Source: Candidatus Saccharimonadales bacterium (GTDB lineage: Bacteria > Patescibacteriota > Saccharimonadia > Saccharimonadales > UBA10212). From it: a stretch of 64,000 nucleotides of DNA. The position numbers and the translations under genes are program-made. The DNA lies in the NCBI GenBank assembly GCA_038245195.1, contig JBBRSU010000001.1, positions 121-64,120 of the forward strand, read 5' to 3'. The notes under the pieces are model-generated. The model was not told the origin of the DNA. It was given only the letters and a program-made list of their open reading frames with translations, and searched no databases. Of this stretch, positions 17,051 to 27,228 are shown piece after piece; position 1 is the first letter of the stretch, and each line of letters starts with the position of its first letter.

Positions 17051-17078
17051 ATTTTATTATGGTTGTGCTTATGTGCAA
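17051..17078 (-). promoter_or_regulatory. Candidate pilA promoter (TTGCAC, 16 nt spacer, TAAAAT)
   Basis: Minus strand reads TTGCACataagcacaaccataaTAAAAT, about 30 nt upstream of the pilA ATG. Confidence 0.45.
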
Positions 17079-17114
17079 ATAATAGGCTGTTAGATGCTAA
17101 AAAGCAATAGTTTT

Positions 17115-18329
17115 TTAACGGACATTCAGCTTGTTTGACAATCCGTATATTGGTAACAGTACGGCCGCTACTATAATTAGTGCCATAATTCCCAGTAAAA
17201 TCATCAATACCGGCTCGATTATCGTTGATATCGCTCGAATCTCATTATCAACCTCCCTCTCATAATAGTCGGCAGTCTTCCCTAGCATGCTTTCAAGCGA
17301 ACCGGACTGCTCGCCTATCCTTATCATATTAGGAACCAATGAAAGGAAATTTGGATCGCCGTCAATCGCTTCAGACAAAGCCTTGCCTCCCTTAACCTTT
17401 TCGGAAGCCGCCTCTATAGAATGGCTTAACTGGACATTATTAACCGCCTCAGAGACTATACTCATCACTTGTAAAAGTGGTACGCCACTAGAGACCAGGG
17501 TTTCGGCTGTCCGGGCAAACCTAGCCATATATACCTTCATGAATAAGCGCCCGATCGGCCAGGCTCGCATCTTGAACTTATCAACCACTTCTTTACCCGG
17601 CCCGGTCCTAGCCCAGCGAGTCGTGAAAAATATCCCTACACCAAACAGAAGGAGGATTAACCACCAAAAATGACTAATTATTTTTGAAACAAATAATAGA
17701 GCGATAGTTAAAAACGGAAGTTTGGCCCCTGGTATATCCCTATATATGTCCTGCACGTGGGGTAGGACAATAACAATCATAAATGTTACAACCGCAATCA
17801 TAACCACAATGACTAACAGTGGGTAGATCAAAGCCCCTCGCACCTTAGATATAATTTCGGCGTCTTTCTCTTGCTGATTAGCTAATCTTTCTAAGGATTT
17901 ATCAAGCGTACCGGAGGCTTCGCCGGCCTCGACCATACTCGTATAGACCGTGTTAAAGACTTTTGGATATCGACCCAGAGCCTCAGAAAAAGCCGAGCCG
18001 GCTTCCACATCCGCTATAACCTTCTGAATGACCACCTTTAATGCTTTACTGGAAGTCTGCGACTCAACGTTTCTAAGTGCCTGAACTAATGGCAGTCCGG
18101 CATTAATAAGGGTCGACATTTGCCTGGAGAAAATAACCTTATCTTTGGTTTTTACTCGGTTTGAAAAATTACCAAACATACCTGCTTCATCAGCCAGTGT
18201 TATCTCCAAAGGTGCATAGCCTTGCTCCTTAATGGCTTTGGCTGCTGATTTTTCATTCTCGGCCTGCACCTGCGAAGTTATTCTTTGGCCACTGGCTGGA
18301 TCACGAGCCACAAATTTGTAAGTGAGCAT
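17115..18329 (-). CDS. pilC: Type IV pilus platform protein (GspF/PilC family)
   Basis: 404 aa with two T2SF repeats and three TM segments. Confidence 0.9.
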   Translation of the reverse strand: MLTYKFVARDPASGQRITSQVQAENEKSAAKAIKEQGYAPLEITLADEAGMFGNFSNRVKTKDKVIFSRQMSTLINAGLPLVQALRNVESQTSSKALKVVIQKVIADVEAGSAFSEALGRYPKVFNTVYTSMVEAGEASGTLDKSLERLANQQEKDAEIISKVRGALIYPLLVIVVMIAVVTFMIVIVLPHVQDIYRDIPGAKLPFLTIALLFVSKIISHFWWLILLLFGVGIFFTTRWARTGPGKEVVDKFKMRAWPIGRLFMKVYMARFARTAETLVSSGVPLLQVMSIVSEAVNNVQLSHSIEAASEKVKGGKALSEAIDGDPNFLSLVPNMIRIGEQSGSLESMLGKTADYYEREVDNEIRAISTIIEPVLMILLGIMALIIVAAVLLPIYGLSNKLNVR

Positions 18330-18333
18330 TCTT

Positions 18334-19434
18334 CTAGCCTCTCATCAAACGATCTAGTTCATCTAAGTCAACTGCGTAGTTTCGGGCTTCGTCGTAGCTG
18401 ATAACGCCCGTATGTATAAGGTTAACCAGGGTACGATCCATGCTTTGCATGCCATATTCCGCACCGGTTTGAATAACAGCCTCCAGCTGATAACTCTTAC
18501 CTTCTCGAATAATGTTTCTGACTGCCGGGGTTGCCACTAGAATTTCCGCAGCTGCTAATCGGCCGCCGCCAAGTGCTGGTATTAATCGCTGTGACACAAT
18601 TGCCTGAAGCATATTGCCCAGCTGGGCCCTGACCTGGGGCTGTTGATGCGGTGGGAAAACGTCTATCATGCGGTCTACAGTCTGTGATGCACTATTGGTG
18701 TGCAGTGTAGCCAAAACCAAATGTCCGGTTTCGGCAATGGTAATGGCAGCCGAAATAGTTTCTAAATCGCGCATTTCGCCTATAAGCACCACATCGGGGT
18801 CTTCACGCAAAGCAGAACGGAGAGCTGACGAAAAACTGAAAGTATCGTAATGAACTTCGCGTTGGACTACTAAAGAGCGTTTTGATTTGTGGGTATATTC
18901 AATTGGATCTTCAACTGTAATAATATGGCTGGCCCGCTCACTGTTAATCTTATCGACCATAGCAGCCAGGCTCGTGGACTTACCAGAACCGGTCGGCCCT
19001 GTGACCAAAACTAGCCCACGTGGATATTCAGTGAACTTGTTAACCACCTGTGGTAGCCCTAAGTCCTCAATAGTTCTAATTTTATTAGGGATTAAGCGTA
19101 AGGCAGCCGCTAGATTACCCCGCTCATGGAAGGCATTTACCCTAAACCGGCCTAAATCACCGAAAGCAAAGCTAAAGTCGAATTCTTTATCTCTAAGTAG
19201 AATCTGCTTTTGATCGTCGTCCAACAAGCTAAAGATTAATTCCTCGACCCCTTTTTCATCCAGCGGTGTTTGACCATGGGGAGTGAGTGCTCCATCCAAA
19301 CGCAACATTGGAGGCATACCGACTTGTAAGTGCAGGTCAGATGCGTCCTTTTTAACGACTTCTTCTAATAAAAGCTCTACCTTTGGCGATTGGCCAGCTT
19401 GTGGTTGTGGTGTTGGATTTTGTTGCGGTTGCAC
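18334..19434 (-). CDS. pilT: Type IV pilus retraction ATPase
   Basis: 366 aa. Walker A GPTGSGKST, IITVEDPIEY, GHLVLATLHTNSA. PilT-sized, with no N-terminal GspE_N domain. Confidence 0.9.
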   Translation of the reverse strand: MQPQQNPTPQPQAGQSPKVELLLEEVVKKDASDLHLQVGMPPMLRLDGALTPHGQTPLDEKGVEELIFSLLDDDQKQILLRDKEFDFSFAFGDLGRFRVNAFHERGNLAAALRLIPNKIRTIEDLGLPQVVNKFTEYPRGLVLVTGPTGSGKSTSLAAMVDKINSERASHIITVEDPIEYTHKSKRSLVVQREVHYDTFSFSSALRSALREDPDVVLIGEMRDLETISAAITIAETGHLVLATLHTNSASQTVDRMIDVFPPHQQPQVRAQLGNMLQAIVSQRLIPALGGGRLAAAEILVATPAVRNIIREGKSYQLEAVIQTGAEYGMQSMDRTLVNLIHTGVISYDEARNYAVDLDELDRLMRG

Positions 19435-19464
19435 TTTATATACCCCTTATTCGGTGCCCTTATT

Positions 19465-21279
19465 TTATGCGTCCGAGCTAGCTACGCGGTCCACTTCCAG
19501 TAAAGTTGTTTGACCAGCCAGTGCCTTCAGATAACCGTCTTGGCGCATAATTACCATGCCCTGCTCTTGGGCCTTCCTTTGAATTATGGAACTAGTAGAG
19601 CGTTTGATGACCAGGTCCTGGATAGCCTCGGTAACTTCAAAAACTTCATACAATCCCATACGCCCAGAATACCCAGAAGGATTATCGGGGGTAACTTTAC
19701 CCTTAAGCAAAGTATAAGCGTTTTGGGTGGCCAGAGGCAAGGATTTATAACCCAAGTCGTTCGCTACTTTAGTAACTTCTTCGTGTGTCTTGGGGAGAAG
19801 ATTGCTGACAATGTGCTTTATAGCAGCAGTTTCGACCGAATTAGATTTATATGATTCACCATCCGGCACGTTTCTTCTAACTAAACGCTGACCAATCACG
19901 GTGTGAACTGTAGATGCAATCAAAAAAGGCTCGATATCCATATCTAGCAAACGCGGCAGAATCCCGGCAGCTGAATTAGTGTGAAGCGTGCTAAAGACTA
20001 AGTGACCTGTCAAAGCCGCTTGTACAGCTAAATTGGCTGTTTCCTTATCACGAATCTCGCCAACCATAATCACATCAGGATCCTGGCGGAGAATAGACCT
20101 CAGACCACTAGCAAAAGTTAGCCCTACCGCAGGATTAACTTGGATTTGGTTTACTCCATCTATTTTATATTCAACCGGATCCTCTAGGGTAACTATATTT
20201 ATGGAATCATCCTTTATTTCCTGAATCATGGCGTACATACTGGTACTCTTCCCAGACCCGGTTGGCCCAGAAGTTAATATCATGCCATAGGGGTTTTTAA
20301 GACCCTGGCGAATAGCCCTGAGTGCCCGTCCGGTGTAACCCATGGATTCAAGATTAAGACTAGTACCGGTTTTGTCTAGTAGCCGAATAATGACTTGTTC
20401 GCCCCACACCGTTGGGCTAATTGCAATACGAAGATCAATCACCATATCCTCAACCTTGATGCTAAATTGCCCGTCCTGCGGAATACGATGTTCATCAATT
20501 TTTAGATTTGATAAGATTTTTACACGACTAATCAGGGCCGGCTCGGTACTTTTTGGAAGTCTCATTATTTCACGAAGTACACCGTCAATCCGTGTTCTAA
20601 TTCGTAGTTCTTTTTCTAATGGTTCGATATGTATGTCGCTGGCCCGATTTTTAGCGGCATATTCCATAATGGCTGATAAGGCCTTGCTGATCGGTGAATC
20701 CTCGACAATAACTTGGATTTTTTTGGTTTCTTTTGGATTAACTTCACCCTTGAGTTGTATATCCTCTTTTGACTCAGTTGTAGCCAGCTCTTCAAGGCCA
20801 GCTAGCATTGAGCTGACACCTTTTTGAATATTTCGCTCGTACTGCTTTAACATCCGCCTAATACCGGACTCACTGGCCGCATAAACCTGGAGTGGCCGGC
20901 CGACCTTATTGCTTAGAAAGTCAACAGCCTGCAGGTTACTGGCGTCAAGCATTGCAACAACCAGCTTCTCTCTCATGGTGCCTAGTGGAACAGCCATATA
21001 GAAGTTAGCCGTGTCCTTACTAATCAGCTCGAGTACCTTTTGTGATATCGGTGGGGCTTCGGTTAGGTTTACATATGGAATTTTATTTACTATCGCACTA
21101 GCCCGAGTGAATTGCTCATCATTCATCTCCTTCTCTTCGATTAGCATACTGAAGAGGGGTTTGTGTTCTTTTTGAGCCTTCGCTTTATACAGTTCTAGTT
21201 TGTCTTCAGTAACTACTCCATCTTTGAGTAGCTGCTCCTCAATTTGGTGCTGGGTCGTTTCAGATAACAATACACTCAT
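19465..21279 (-). CDS. pilB: Type IV pilus assembly ATPase (GspE/PilB family)
   Basis: 604 aa. N-terminal T2SSE_N-like domain, Walker A GPTGSGKST, GHLVFSTLHTNSAA. Confidence 0.9.
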   Translation of the reverse strand: MSVLLSETTQHQIEEQLLKDGVVTEDKLELYKAKAQKEHKPLFSMLIEEKEMNDEQFTRASAIVNKIPYVNLTEAPPISQKVLELISKDTANFYMAVPLGTMREKLVVAMLDASNLQAVDFLSNKVGRPLQVYAASESGIRRMLKQYERNIQKGVSSMLAGLEELATTESKEDIQLKGEVNPKETKKIQVIVEDSPISKALSAIMEYAAKNRASDIHIEPLEKELRIRTRIDGVLREIMRLPKSTEPALISRVKILSNLKIDEHRIPQDGQFSIKVEDMVIDLRIAISPTVWGEQVIIRLLDKTGTSLNLESMGYTGRALRAIRQGLKNPYGMILTSGPTGSGKSTSMYAMIQEIKDDSINIVTLEDPVEYKIDGVNQIQVNPAVGLTFASGLRSILRQDPDVIMVGEIRDKETANLAVQAALTGHLVFSTLHTNSAAGILPRLLDMDIEPFLIASTVHTVIGQRLVRRNVPDGESYKSNSVETAAIKHIVSNLLPKTHEEVTKVANDLGYKSLPLATQNAYTLLKGKVTPDNPSGYSGRMGLYEVFEVTEAIQDLVIKRSTSSIIQRKAQEQGMVIMRQDGYLKALAGQTTLLEVDRVASSDA

Positions 21280-21293
21280 TTAGCCTTCAGATC

Positions 21294-21560
21294 TTATTGA
21301 GTACTACCCTGAAAAGGCTGGTTATTATCGCTGCCTCCAATTTGGATTAATTGTGTAGGGTTAAGGGCTTTATTATTAAAAATCCCTGAGTAGTCAGTAT
21401 CATTTTGGACATCTGGGAAGGTTGAGCTTATTTTATTGACAACTGGTACTTTGATAGGATTTTTCTTAGGAGTCCCAAATATTATTCCAGAAAGTATAAA
21501 TGATAATATAGCCGCTACACACGCCGATAGCCCAATCAGTAGCAGATCTTTTCGTTTCAT
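21294..21560 (-). CDS. Small membrane-anchored pilus-operon protein (occupies the PilP position)
   Basis: 88 aa with one TM helix. Start overlaps the upstream stop. Confidence 0.5.
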   Translation of the reverse strand: MKRKDLLLIGLSACVAAILSFILSGIIFGTPKKNPIKVPVVNKISSTFPDVQNDTDYSGIFNNKALNPTQLIQIGGSDNNQPFQGSTQ

Positions 21561-22237
21561 TACTTCACCTCCTTAGTAGCCTTTAAGTCTAGGCTCTTCG
21601 CAGGCTGATAGTATGTGGTCATACCTACTGTAAGTTTGAGTTTATTATCACTTCCACTAATTTCTAGAGTATTAAGATCAAATGGCCGAATTGACCGCTC
21701 AAAATCTTGGAAAAGTTTGGAGGCATCATTAAAATTAGTTGAGCCTTCAAACGAAAAGGTCATAGACTTATAGCTTGGTTGGCTCTGAGGTGCATCCGAA
21801 TTAGCGGAAGGATCGTCGTTCACCGTTAAAGAATTGATAGTTACCCCACGCTCAGTAAGAACTTTCTCAGTACTGGTTGCAAGAGCTGGGGCGTCATATT
21901 TACTTGGCAACGCATCGAGTACAATCACAGCGTTTTGGCCGTCTAAATTCGTTTTCCCGTTTACAGACCCACCCAATATATTTGGATTTTGATTAGCGAA
22001 TACGTTCTTATATTGGCTAACTAAAGTTTTAGCAGAGTCATAATTTGTTTTTAAAGTTGCCGCTACTTCTTTGCGAGCGTGCAATGCTCTTCTTTGATAC
22101 AGACCCTTAGTGACCATAGATTTGGTGGCAAATAGACTGAATACTACGACTACAACCGTTATGACTATTACAGCCATCATGCTCGACTGGTTTTTATCTA
22201 TTTGCAAGTGCTTGGCCGAAACCTTTTTCTGTGCCAT
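21560..22237 (-). CDS. PilO-like pilus alignment protein
   Basis: 225 aa. Has an N-terminal TM helix (MMAVIVITVVVVVFSLF) and follows pilN with an overlapping start and stop. Confidence 0.55.
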   Translation of the reverse strand: MAQKKVSAKHLQIDKNQSSMMAVIVITVVVVVFSLFATKSMVTKGLYQRRALHARKEVAATLKTNYDSAKTLVSQYKNVFANQNPNILGGSVNGKTNLDGQNAVIVLDALPSKYDAPALATSTEKVLTERGVTINSLTVNDDPSANSDAPQSQPSYKSMTFSFEGSTNFNDASKLFQDFERSIRPFDLNTLEISGSDNKLKLTVGMTTYYQPAKSLDLKATKEVK

Positions 22238-22959
22238 TACTGCCCTCCTTGCTGTTGCTGAGATTGAGTTTTTGTCTGGCCGTTGAATAGAGGACTAGCA
22301 CTTGGCGCATTTAAAACAGATCTGGTGGTTGTTTCTTGTGGCACATTCAATTTCACACTGTTAGATCCAGTCAATAGTGCAGGGTCTAAATTACAATCAA
22401 TAACGTAGGATGCGACCTTATCATCCCTGTCAATCTTAGTCAAAACCACACCGCTAAAGGCATTCTTTTGATTCTGTGCATTACTAGAGTCAGACGAACT
22501 AGAAGTATAGGTAGTGAATTTAAGAGTGTCGATAAACTTGTTAACGCTTTCAACTTTATCGGCAGTACCACTAAACTCGATGATGCCTGTAGTTGTATCT
22601 AGGCTCAGTTTACCGACGTTAACGCTTGTAGGTGTAATCTGAGGCAGGTAAGAGAACAGCCGCGAGCCATATCGCTTTTGCCCGTGAAGACTCGGTAAAG
22701 AACTAAGTTGATTTTGGATTGTTAAGATTTTATCCAAATCCGGAATATTATTAAGTTTTTTACTGTAGCTATTTATTTCATTCTTAGCACTGTCTAGCAG
22801 TCCTTTTTGTAGTACATTAACTACCAAGAAGCTGACGACGAAAATAGCTATCGCAACACCAGAAGCCAAGAAAGACAATGTATAAACTAATCGTTTGACA
22901 TGTTGCTGATTGTCAAACGCCAGTTTTACATCCGGAAGTAGGTTAAACTGGACAGCCAT
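22237..22959 (-). CDS. pilN: PilN-like pilus alignment protein
   Basis: Begins MAVQFNLLPD (the conserved xNLLP motif), then a TM helix. Follows pilM. Confidence 0.7.
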   Translation of the reverse strand: MAVQFNLLPDVKLAFDNQQHVKRLVYTLSFLASGVAIAIFVVSFLVVNVLQKGLLDSAKNEINSYSKKLNNIPDLDKILTIQNQLSSLPSLHGQKRYGSRLFSYLPQITPTSVNVGKLSLDTTTGIIEFSGTADKVESVNKFIDTLKFTTYTSSSSDSSNAQNQKNAFSGVVLTKIDRDDKVASYVIDCNLDPALLTGSNSVKLNVPQETTTRSVLNAPSASPLFNGQTKTQSQQQQGGQ

Positions 22960-22960
22960 T

Positions 22961-24001
22961 TTATACTTTCCTCTCCGCTAATCCACAAGCCACAGAAAAA
23001 TGGTTAGAGATACTTAGTAGCTCGTTCTGACGGCTTGATGGAAATGATACATTGCGCCAAGCGTTGCCGATTTCTACATTGATTCCAAATTTATTAGCAA
23101 TATATAAGGGGAACTCTGGTAGCGTAGATGCTCCTCCTGTTACAATAATCCTCTCTAGTTTCTGGTTTGTGTAACGGCTTTGGAAAAATTTAATTGATTT
23201 TTCAACTTCAGCTACTAGATTATCTACAGTGTTGATGATAGCGTTATACACCCTACCCTCAAGCTTGTCCTTACTGACACCAAACTTATAAACAAACTGA
23301 GTGGCTTGGGCAGCATCAACTCCCAGGCCAGCAATTGCTGAACGGATTATGGCTTCAGAACCAATTGGAATTGAACGAGTTAAGCGCGGGGCGCCGCTAA
23401 TAACTATGATCAAATCGGTCGAACGGGCTCCCACGTCTAATACCATCTGTGGTTGAGTGGCATCTGGTGCCACAATTGAACGCATAACCGCGAAAGTATC
23501 GGGTTCGAACGCAATTACATTAAAGCCAGCGTTCTCAAGAGTATCCAGTCGCTCCTCTATGTACGCATTGGATACACTGGAAAGTAAAACTTCGGCCTTG
23601 GTCGAATCTTTTGGCGAGTCCCCCAAAAGAGCCCAGTCAATTTTAGATTCTGCCAAGGGCGTAGGGATAAATGAATCAGCTTGATATCTGATAGTTTTAG
23701 CTAACTCCGCGGAAGAAAGTTTCTCGATATCGACAACCGTCGTGAAGACACGTGTTGATGGAACACCAACTGCTACGTTCTTAGTAGTTATCCCGGCCTG
23801 TTTACAAAGCTGAACTACAGCTTGAGCCAGTTTTTGCTGGTCGGCTTTAGCGTCGCTAACTGCAAGAGTACCGGCAACAGGAGCTGAACCATAACGATCC
23901 AACGTCTTCACTGGTGGTGCACCACGCAACTGAACGACCCTAATCGAGGATGTGCCGATATCCAGTCCAAAAAATTCTGATACCCCACTCAGTATGTCCA
24001 T
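22961..24001 (-). CDS. pilM: PilM, actin-like ATPase of the pilus alignment complex
   Basis: 346 aa. FGLDIGTSSIRVVQL and IIVTGGAS motifs of the FtsA/PilM fold. Confidence 0.85.
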   Translation of the reverse strand: MDILSGVSEFFGLDIGTSSIRVVQLRGAPPVKTLDRYGSAPVAGTLAVSDAKADQQKLAQAVVQLCKQAGITTKNVAVGVPSTRVFTTVVDIEKLSSAELAKTIRYQADSFIPTPLAESKIDWALLGDSPKDSTKAEVLLSSVSNAYIEERLDTLENAGFNVIAFEPDTFAVMRSIVAPDATQPQMVLDVGARSTDLIIVISGAPRLTRSIPIGSEAIIRSAIAGLGVDAAQATQFVYKFGVSKDKLEGRVYNAIINTVDNLVAEVEKSIKFFQSRYTNQKLERIIVTGGASTLPEFPLYIANKFGINVEIGNAWRNVSFPSSRQNELLSISNHFSVACGLAERKV

Positions 24002-24041
24002 ATATTTGTTTACTCTTTACCTAATCTTCTCAATTTCCTTG

Positions 24042-24050
24042 ATTATAGCA
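24042..24050 (-). promoter_or_regulatory. Extended -10 (TGcTATAAT) upstream of pilM
   Basis: Minus strand reads aaaaaagcttaTGCTATAATcaagg, giving a 40-nt leader to the pilM ATG. Confidence 0.5.
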
Positions 24051-24081
24051 TAAGCTTTTTTAGGCTATACATCTAGTGGTT

Positions 24082-27000
24082 TTAGAAAACTGGGGGTAAG
24101 CTATACAGTGCTTGGATATTACTATAATTAGGAGAAAAATATGGCTGGCCAATTATCATTGCAGGTATATAGTTGAACACCTCCGCCGGTTCTGTGGTAA
24201 TTCCGTTTAAGTCGTTCCCGAGCGGACCCATAGTGCCGTGTTCCCGGTTGAGCCTAACAGTCTGGGCTAGTATCGCCCCGTTTACTGTAAGTTTGTTATT
24301 CGGGCAAAAACCATCACAGGTTGAGAAAATTCCATTTGTAGCGTCAAGTGGCTGGGCAACATATAAGCCATCTATTTGATTAACGTTGTAATTAACGGTG
24401 ATATTCCCCTGAACAATTAATGAGAAGTAAGGCACATTACTGCGAGTGGATGCGCGGTAGGTCGGTGCGTAGCAAATATTATTAGCAATGGTAACATTAC
24501 CGCTTACGTAAAGTGTGAATTGTTCACCTTCTTGAATATCACCCCCTGGGCGGCTACTACTGCAATCACTGCCAGTAAGAGAAGTTAGCGTAACGTTCCC
24601 AGTAGCAGTGTACTGGGTCTGGGTACTAAGGCTATCGACATTTATTGTTGGGTTAGATCCCAGATCAGTTTGGCCAGGAAGCCTAGTCTTTAAGAAGAAA
24701 TCGTTCACGCAATGCCAATCGGTTTCAGCACTTTGGTTAAGTAGACCGCCCATTTCTCCCACTACGCCTGGGGCGGCAAATATTTCGTTGTTTTTACTAT
24801 AAAATCCAACATTGTTGCCAGATACGTTATATCCAAGTGCCAAGACACCGAAATCGCCGCTCGAGCCAGTTCCAGCACCCTGGTTGGCGTAAGCTCTCAA
24901 GCCCGCATTGTATGGGTTGGTGTTGATGGGGCTTATATAGCTTAAGGTCCCTGCCGTACACTTTCCGGTCGCATCACCAAAACCGCCCCCAACATCTACA
25001 TCACCCTGGGTAGCTTGGAAGTAAGGTCTAGTTTGAGGGGTACCGCTCCCAGAACAACCGACCGAGGGAGTGCCTGGAGGACCCTGCAGAGTAACTGTGA
25101 AATCACCAGTCCAATCCTCTCTTATCGAAACCGTGACTGTAACATCAGTATCAACCGGATTTCCCGACGAACCTCCGTTCCAGGCGTTAAATCCACTGCT
25201 CGTATTCTGAGGGTTCGGGCTTAATACTACGAAACCTGGGTTGGCTGTGGCGGCAAAAGTATAACCGCCGTCCGACCCGTTTAATGGCCAACCGCTACTT
25301 CTGCCTGCATCGTTAGTGAAATGAACGGTGACGTTGCCTTTCCCATTTTGTCCAGGCTCCGCATCGGTGGCGTATCCGCCGGCATTGCAGCCGACCTGAA
25401 GACAAGAGCTTATAGTGTCCGTGGCACCGGACTGTGCAACTCCGTCCACAATAAGTTGGAAGTTATACGAATTACTGGGCCACATCCCGGGGATCCACAT
25501 ATCGAAGGTCTTAACGGTTTTTTGGCCTATGTGCGTGGTCGGATCTAGCGCTACGGTTGTGCTATAGGTATGATTATCCCCCGCGTTGCCGGCATTCGTT
25601 ATTACGACCGAAACCGGCACAGGGTTAGCGCTTGGGGTTGGGTCATTAACAGTTAATCTGGTTTCTTCGCAGCTGGCGTCAATGCTCGATGTGCCAGGTG
25701 GCGGCCCGGTCTTCAAGATGAGCGTACATTTAGTACCAAAAGCTGGCTGAGTACTTTGCAGCATTTGGAATGTAATAGTTTTTGTAGTGTTAGGTGTGCT
25801 CGGAGCCGTAAAGGTAAAGTTACCTGTCGAATAATAAGACCCGGATCTAGTAAGGGTATTTACACTATTTGGCGAGTTTGGTGGATTACCATCAACGCTA
25901 GTCGACCATTGATAGGGTGGGCTCTGTGATGGATCCCATGTCGCTGAGCCCGTGTTTTTAAACGCCACACCAAACTGAACCGTGGCGTTGGGTGCCAACT
26001 GAGAATAAGTCTTGGAGCTTTGGGCAGTACCGGCATTTAATGAACAAGCTGCGTCATTCTTATTGTTACAGGCGTTGCCCGTGCTCCCTAAAGCATCGAA
26101 CTGGTCGAAAGGTAATCTAACTTGAACCAGGTTTCTATAAGATAAGTCCTTGAAGTCCAGTAGGTATCTATGAGAATTATCGTAATTGAATCTGAGCGGA
26201 AGCGAGTTCTCAAGATTTTGATTTGCAACCGGATTCCAGTCAGGGCCCACCAGTTTGGGAGCGGGGCCTCCCGCCGCACCCCAGCCAAAATTTGGATCAG
26301 TCCGGCCGTCTTGAAGCACTTCGGCCGTCAAGTCTGTATCCTGCTGGACATAGTCAGGATATAACGTGCCTGCGTTGGGGCGAGTTGAATAAACCTTGTA
26401 ATCGATATCGTAGATGCCTATTTGAACTGGGCTCGGTATGAGACTAGGATCCTCGTCGCAGAAAGGTGCGAATTGCACGCCATAATCCCAGTTGTACGAG
26501 CCGCTTTGGGCACCAGAACCATAAATCCCGACCGTGGTTTTGCCGTTTGTTCCTGCCCCTTGATTAACATTCCTCGATAATCCAACGTATGGCTGATAAG
26601 CCGAAGGGCCTGTCAACGTGACACTTAGCTTCCAGGCTTTAATTGTGTTACATGTATTTGGGTCGCCGCACGGGTTTGTCATAGTAGCTGTAAAGTAATA
26701 AACGATGTAGTTTGTATGACCAGGATGCGACGAACTATCGGCGGCGGTCCGAGCAGGAATATTAATTATTACGTTATGGCAGTTGGTATTGCCGTCCGCA
26801 GTATTACTGGTCGGAGTATTAAACCACCAAGCATTGTCGGAATTATTGGTTTCATCAGGATCTGTATTGGTCAACTGATAACCAACCTGTGGCGGCCCGC
26901 TATTGGTTGCGATGTCTAGCGGACAATTTTCACCTCCCCCATTCACGATTGTCAATTTAGCACCTACCCCTACCGGCACATAAACTTTTGCATTCGAGTT

Positions 27001-27228
27001 AGTCCCGTCATATTCACCCCTACCCACTACAAACCATGGCTGATAACCTGACGAGCTGCCGTGTACATTTGCTGAGTTTTGCGTGGGTGACGATGCTTGT
27101 ATTGGTGTGGTCGTGCTGTAAGCCAGGGCTTTCTTTTGGAATATAACTGACCCGACTAAAAAAGATACTAGGGCTATAAATAGTAGTCCCGTGAATTTTA
27201 AGATATTTTTTGGCATTATACTTCTCAT
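24082..27228 (-). CDS. Large (1048 aa) secreted protein encoded at the head of the pilus operon; function unknown
   Basis: N-terminal signal/anchor KFTGLLFIALVSFLVGSVIF. Asn/Gly/Thr/Ser/Pro-rich with many Cys. The C-terminal third looks beta-helical (VSGNVTIANNICY...LIVQGNITVNYNV). ATGA overlap with the upstream gene. Confidence 0.7.
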   Translation of the reverse strand: MRSIMPKNILKFTGLLFIALVSFLVGSVIFQKKALAYSTTTPIQASSPTQNSANVHGSSSGYQPWFVVGRGEYDGTNSNAKVYVPVGVGAKLTIVNGGGENCPLDIATNSGPPQVGYQLTNTDPDETNNSDNAWWFNTPTSNTADGNTNCHNVIINIPARTAADSSSHPGHTNYIVYYFTATMTNPCGDPNTCNTIKAWKLSVTLTGPSAYQPYVGLSRNVNQGAGTNGKTTVGIYGSGAQSGSYNWDYGVQFAPFCDEDPSLIPSPVQIGIYDIDYKVYSTRPNAGTLYPDYVQQDTDLTAEVLQDGRTDPNFGWGAAGGPAPKLVGPDWNPVANQNLENSLPLRFNYDNSHRYLLDFKDLSYRNLVQVRLPFDQFDALGSTGNACNNKNDAACSLNAGTAQSSKTYSQLAPNATVQFGVAFKNTGSATWDPSQSPPYQWSTSVDGNPPNSPNSVNTLTRSGSYYSTGNFTFTAPSTPNTTKTITFQMLQSTQPAFGTKCTLILKTGPPPGTSSIDASCEETRLTVNDPTPSANPVPVSVVITNAGNAGDNHTYSTTVALDPTTHIGQKTVKTFDMWIPGMWPSNSYNFQLIVDGVAQSGATDTISSCLQVGCNAGGYATDAEPGQNGKGNVTVHFTNDAGRSSGWPLNGSDGGYTFAATANPGFVVLSPNPQNTSSGFNAWNGGSSGNPVDTDVTVTVSIREDWTGDFTVTLQGPPGTPSVGCSGSGTPQTRPYFQATQGDVDVGGGFGDATGKCTAGTLSYISPINTNPYNAGLRAYANQGAGTGSSGDFGVLALGYNVSGNNVGFYSKNNEIFAAPGVVGEMGGLLNQSAETDWHCVNDFFLKTRLPGQTDLGSNPTINVDSLSTQTQYTATGNVTLTSLTGSDCSSSRPGGDIQEGEQFTLYVSGNVTIANNICYAPTYRASTRSNVPYFSLIVQGNITVNYNVNQIDGLYVAQPLDATNGIFSTCDGFCPNNKLTVNGAILAQTVRLNREHGTMGPLGNDLNGITTEPAEVFNYIPAMIIGQPYFSPNYSNIQALYSLPPVF

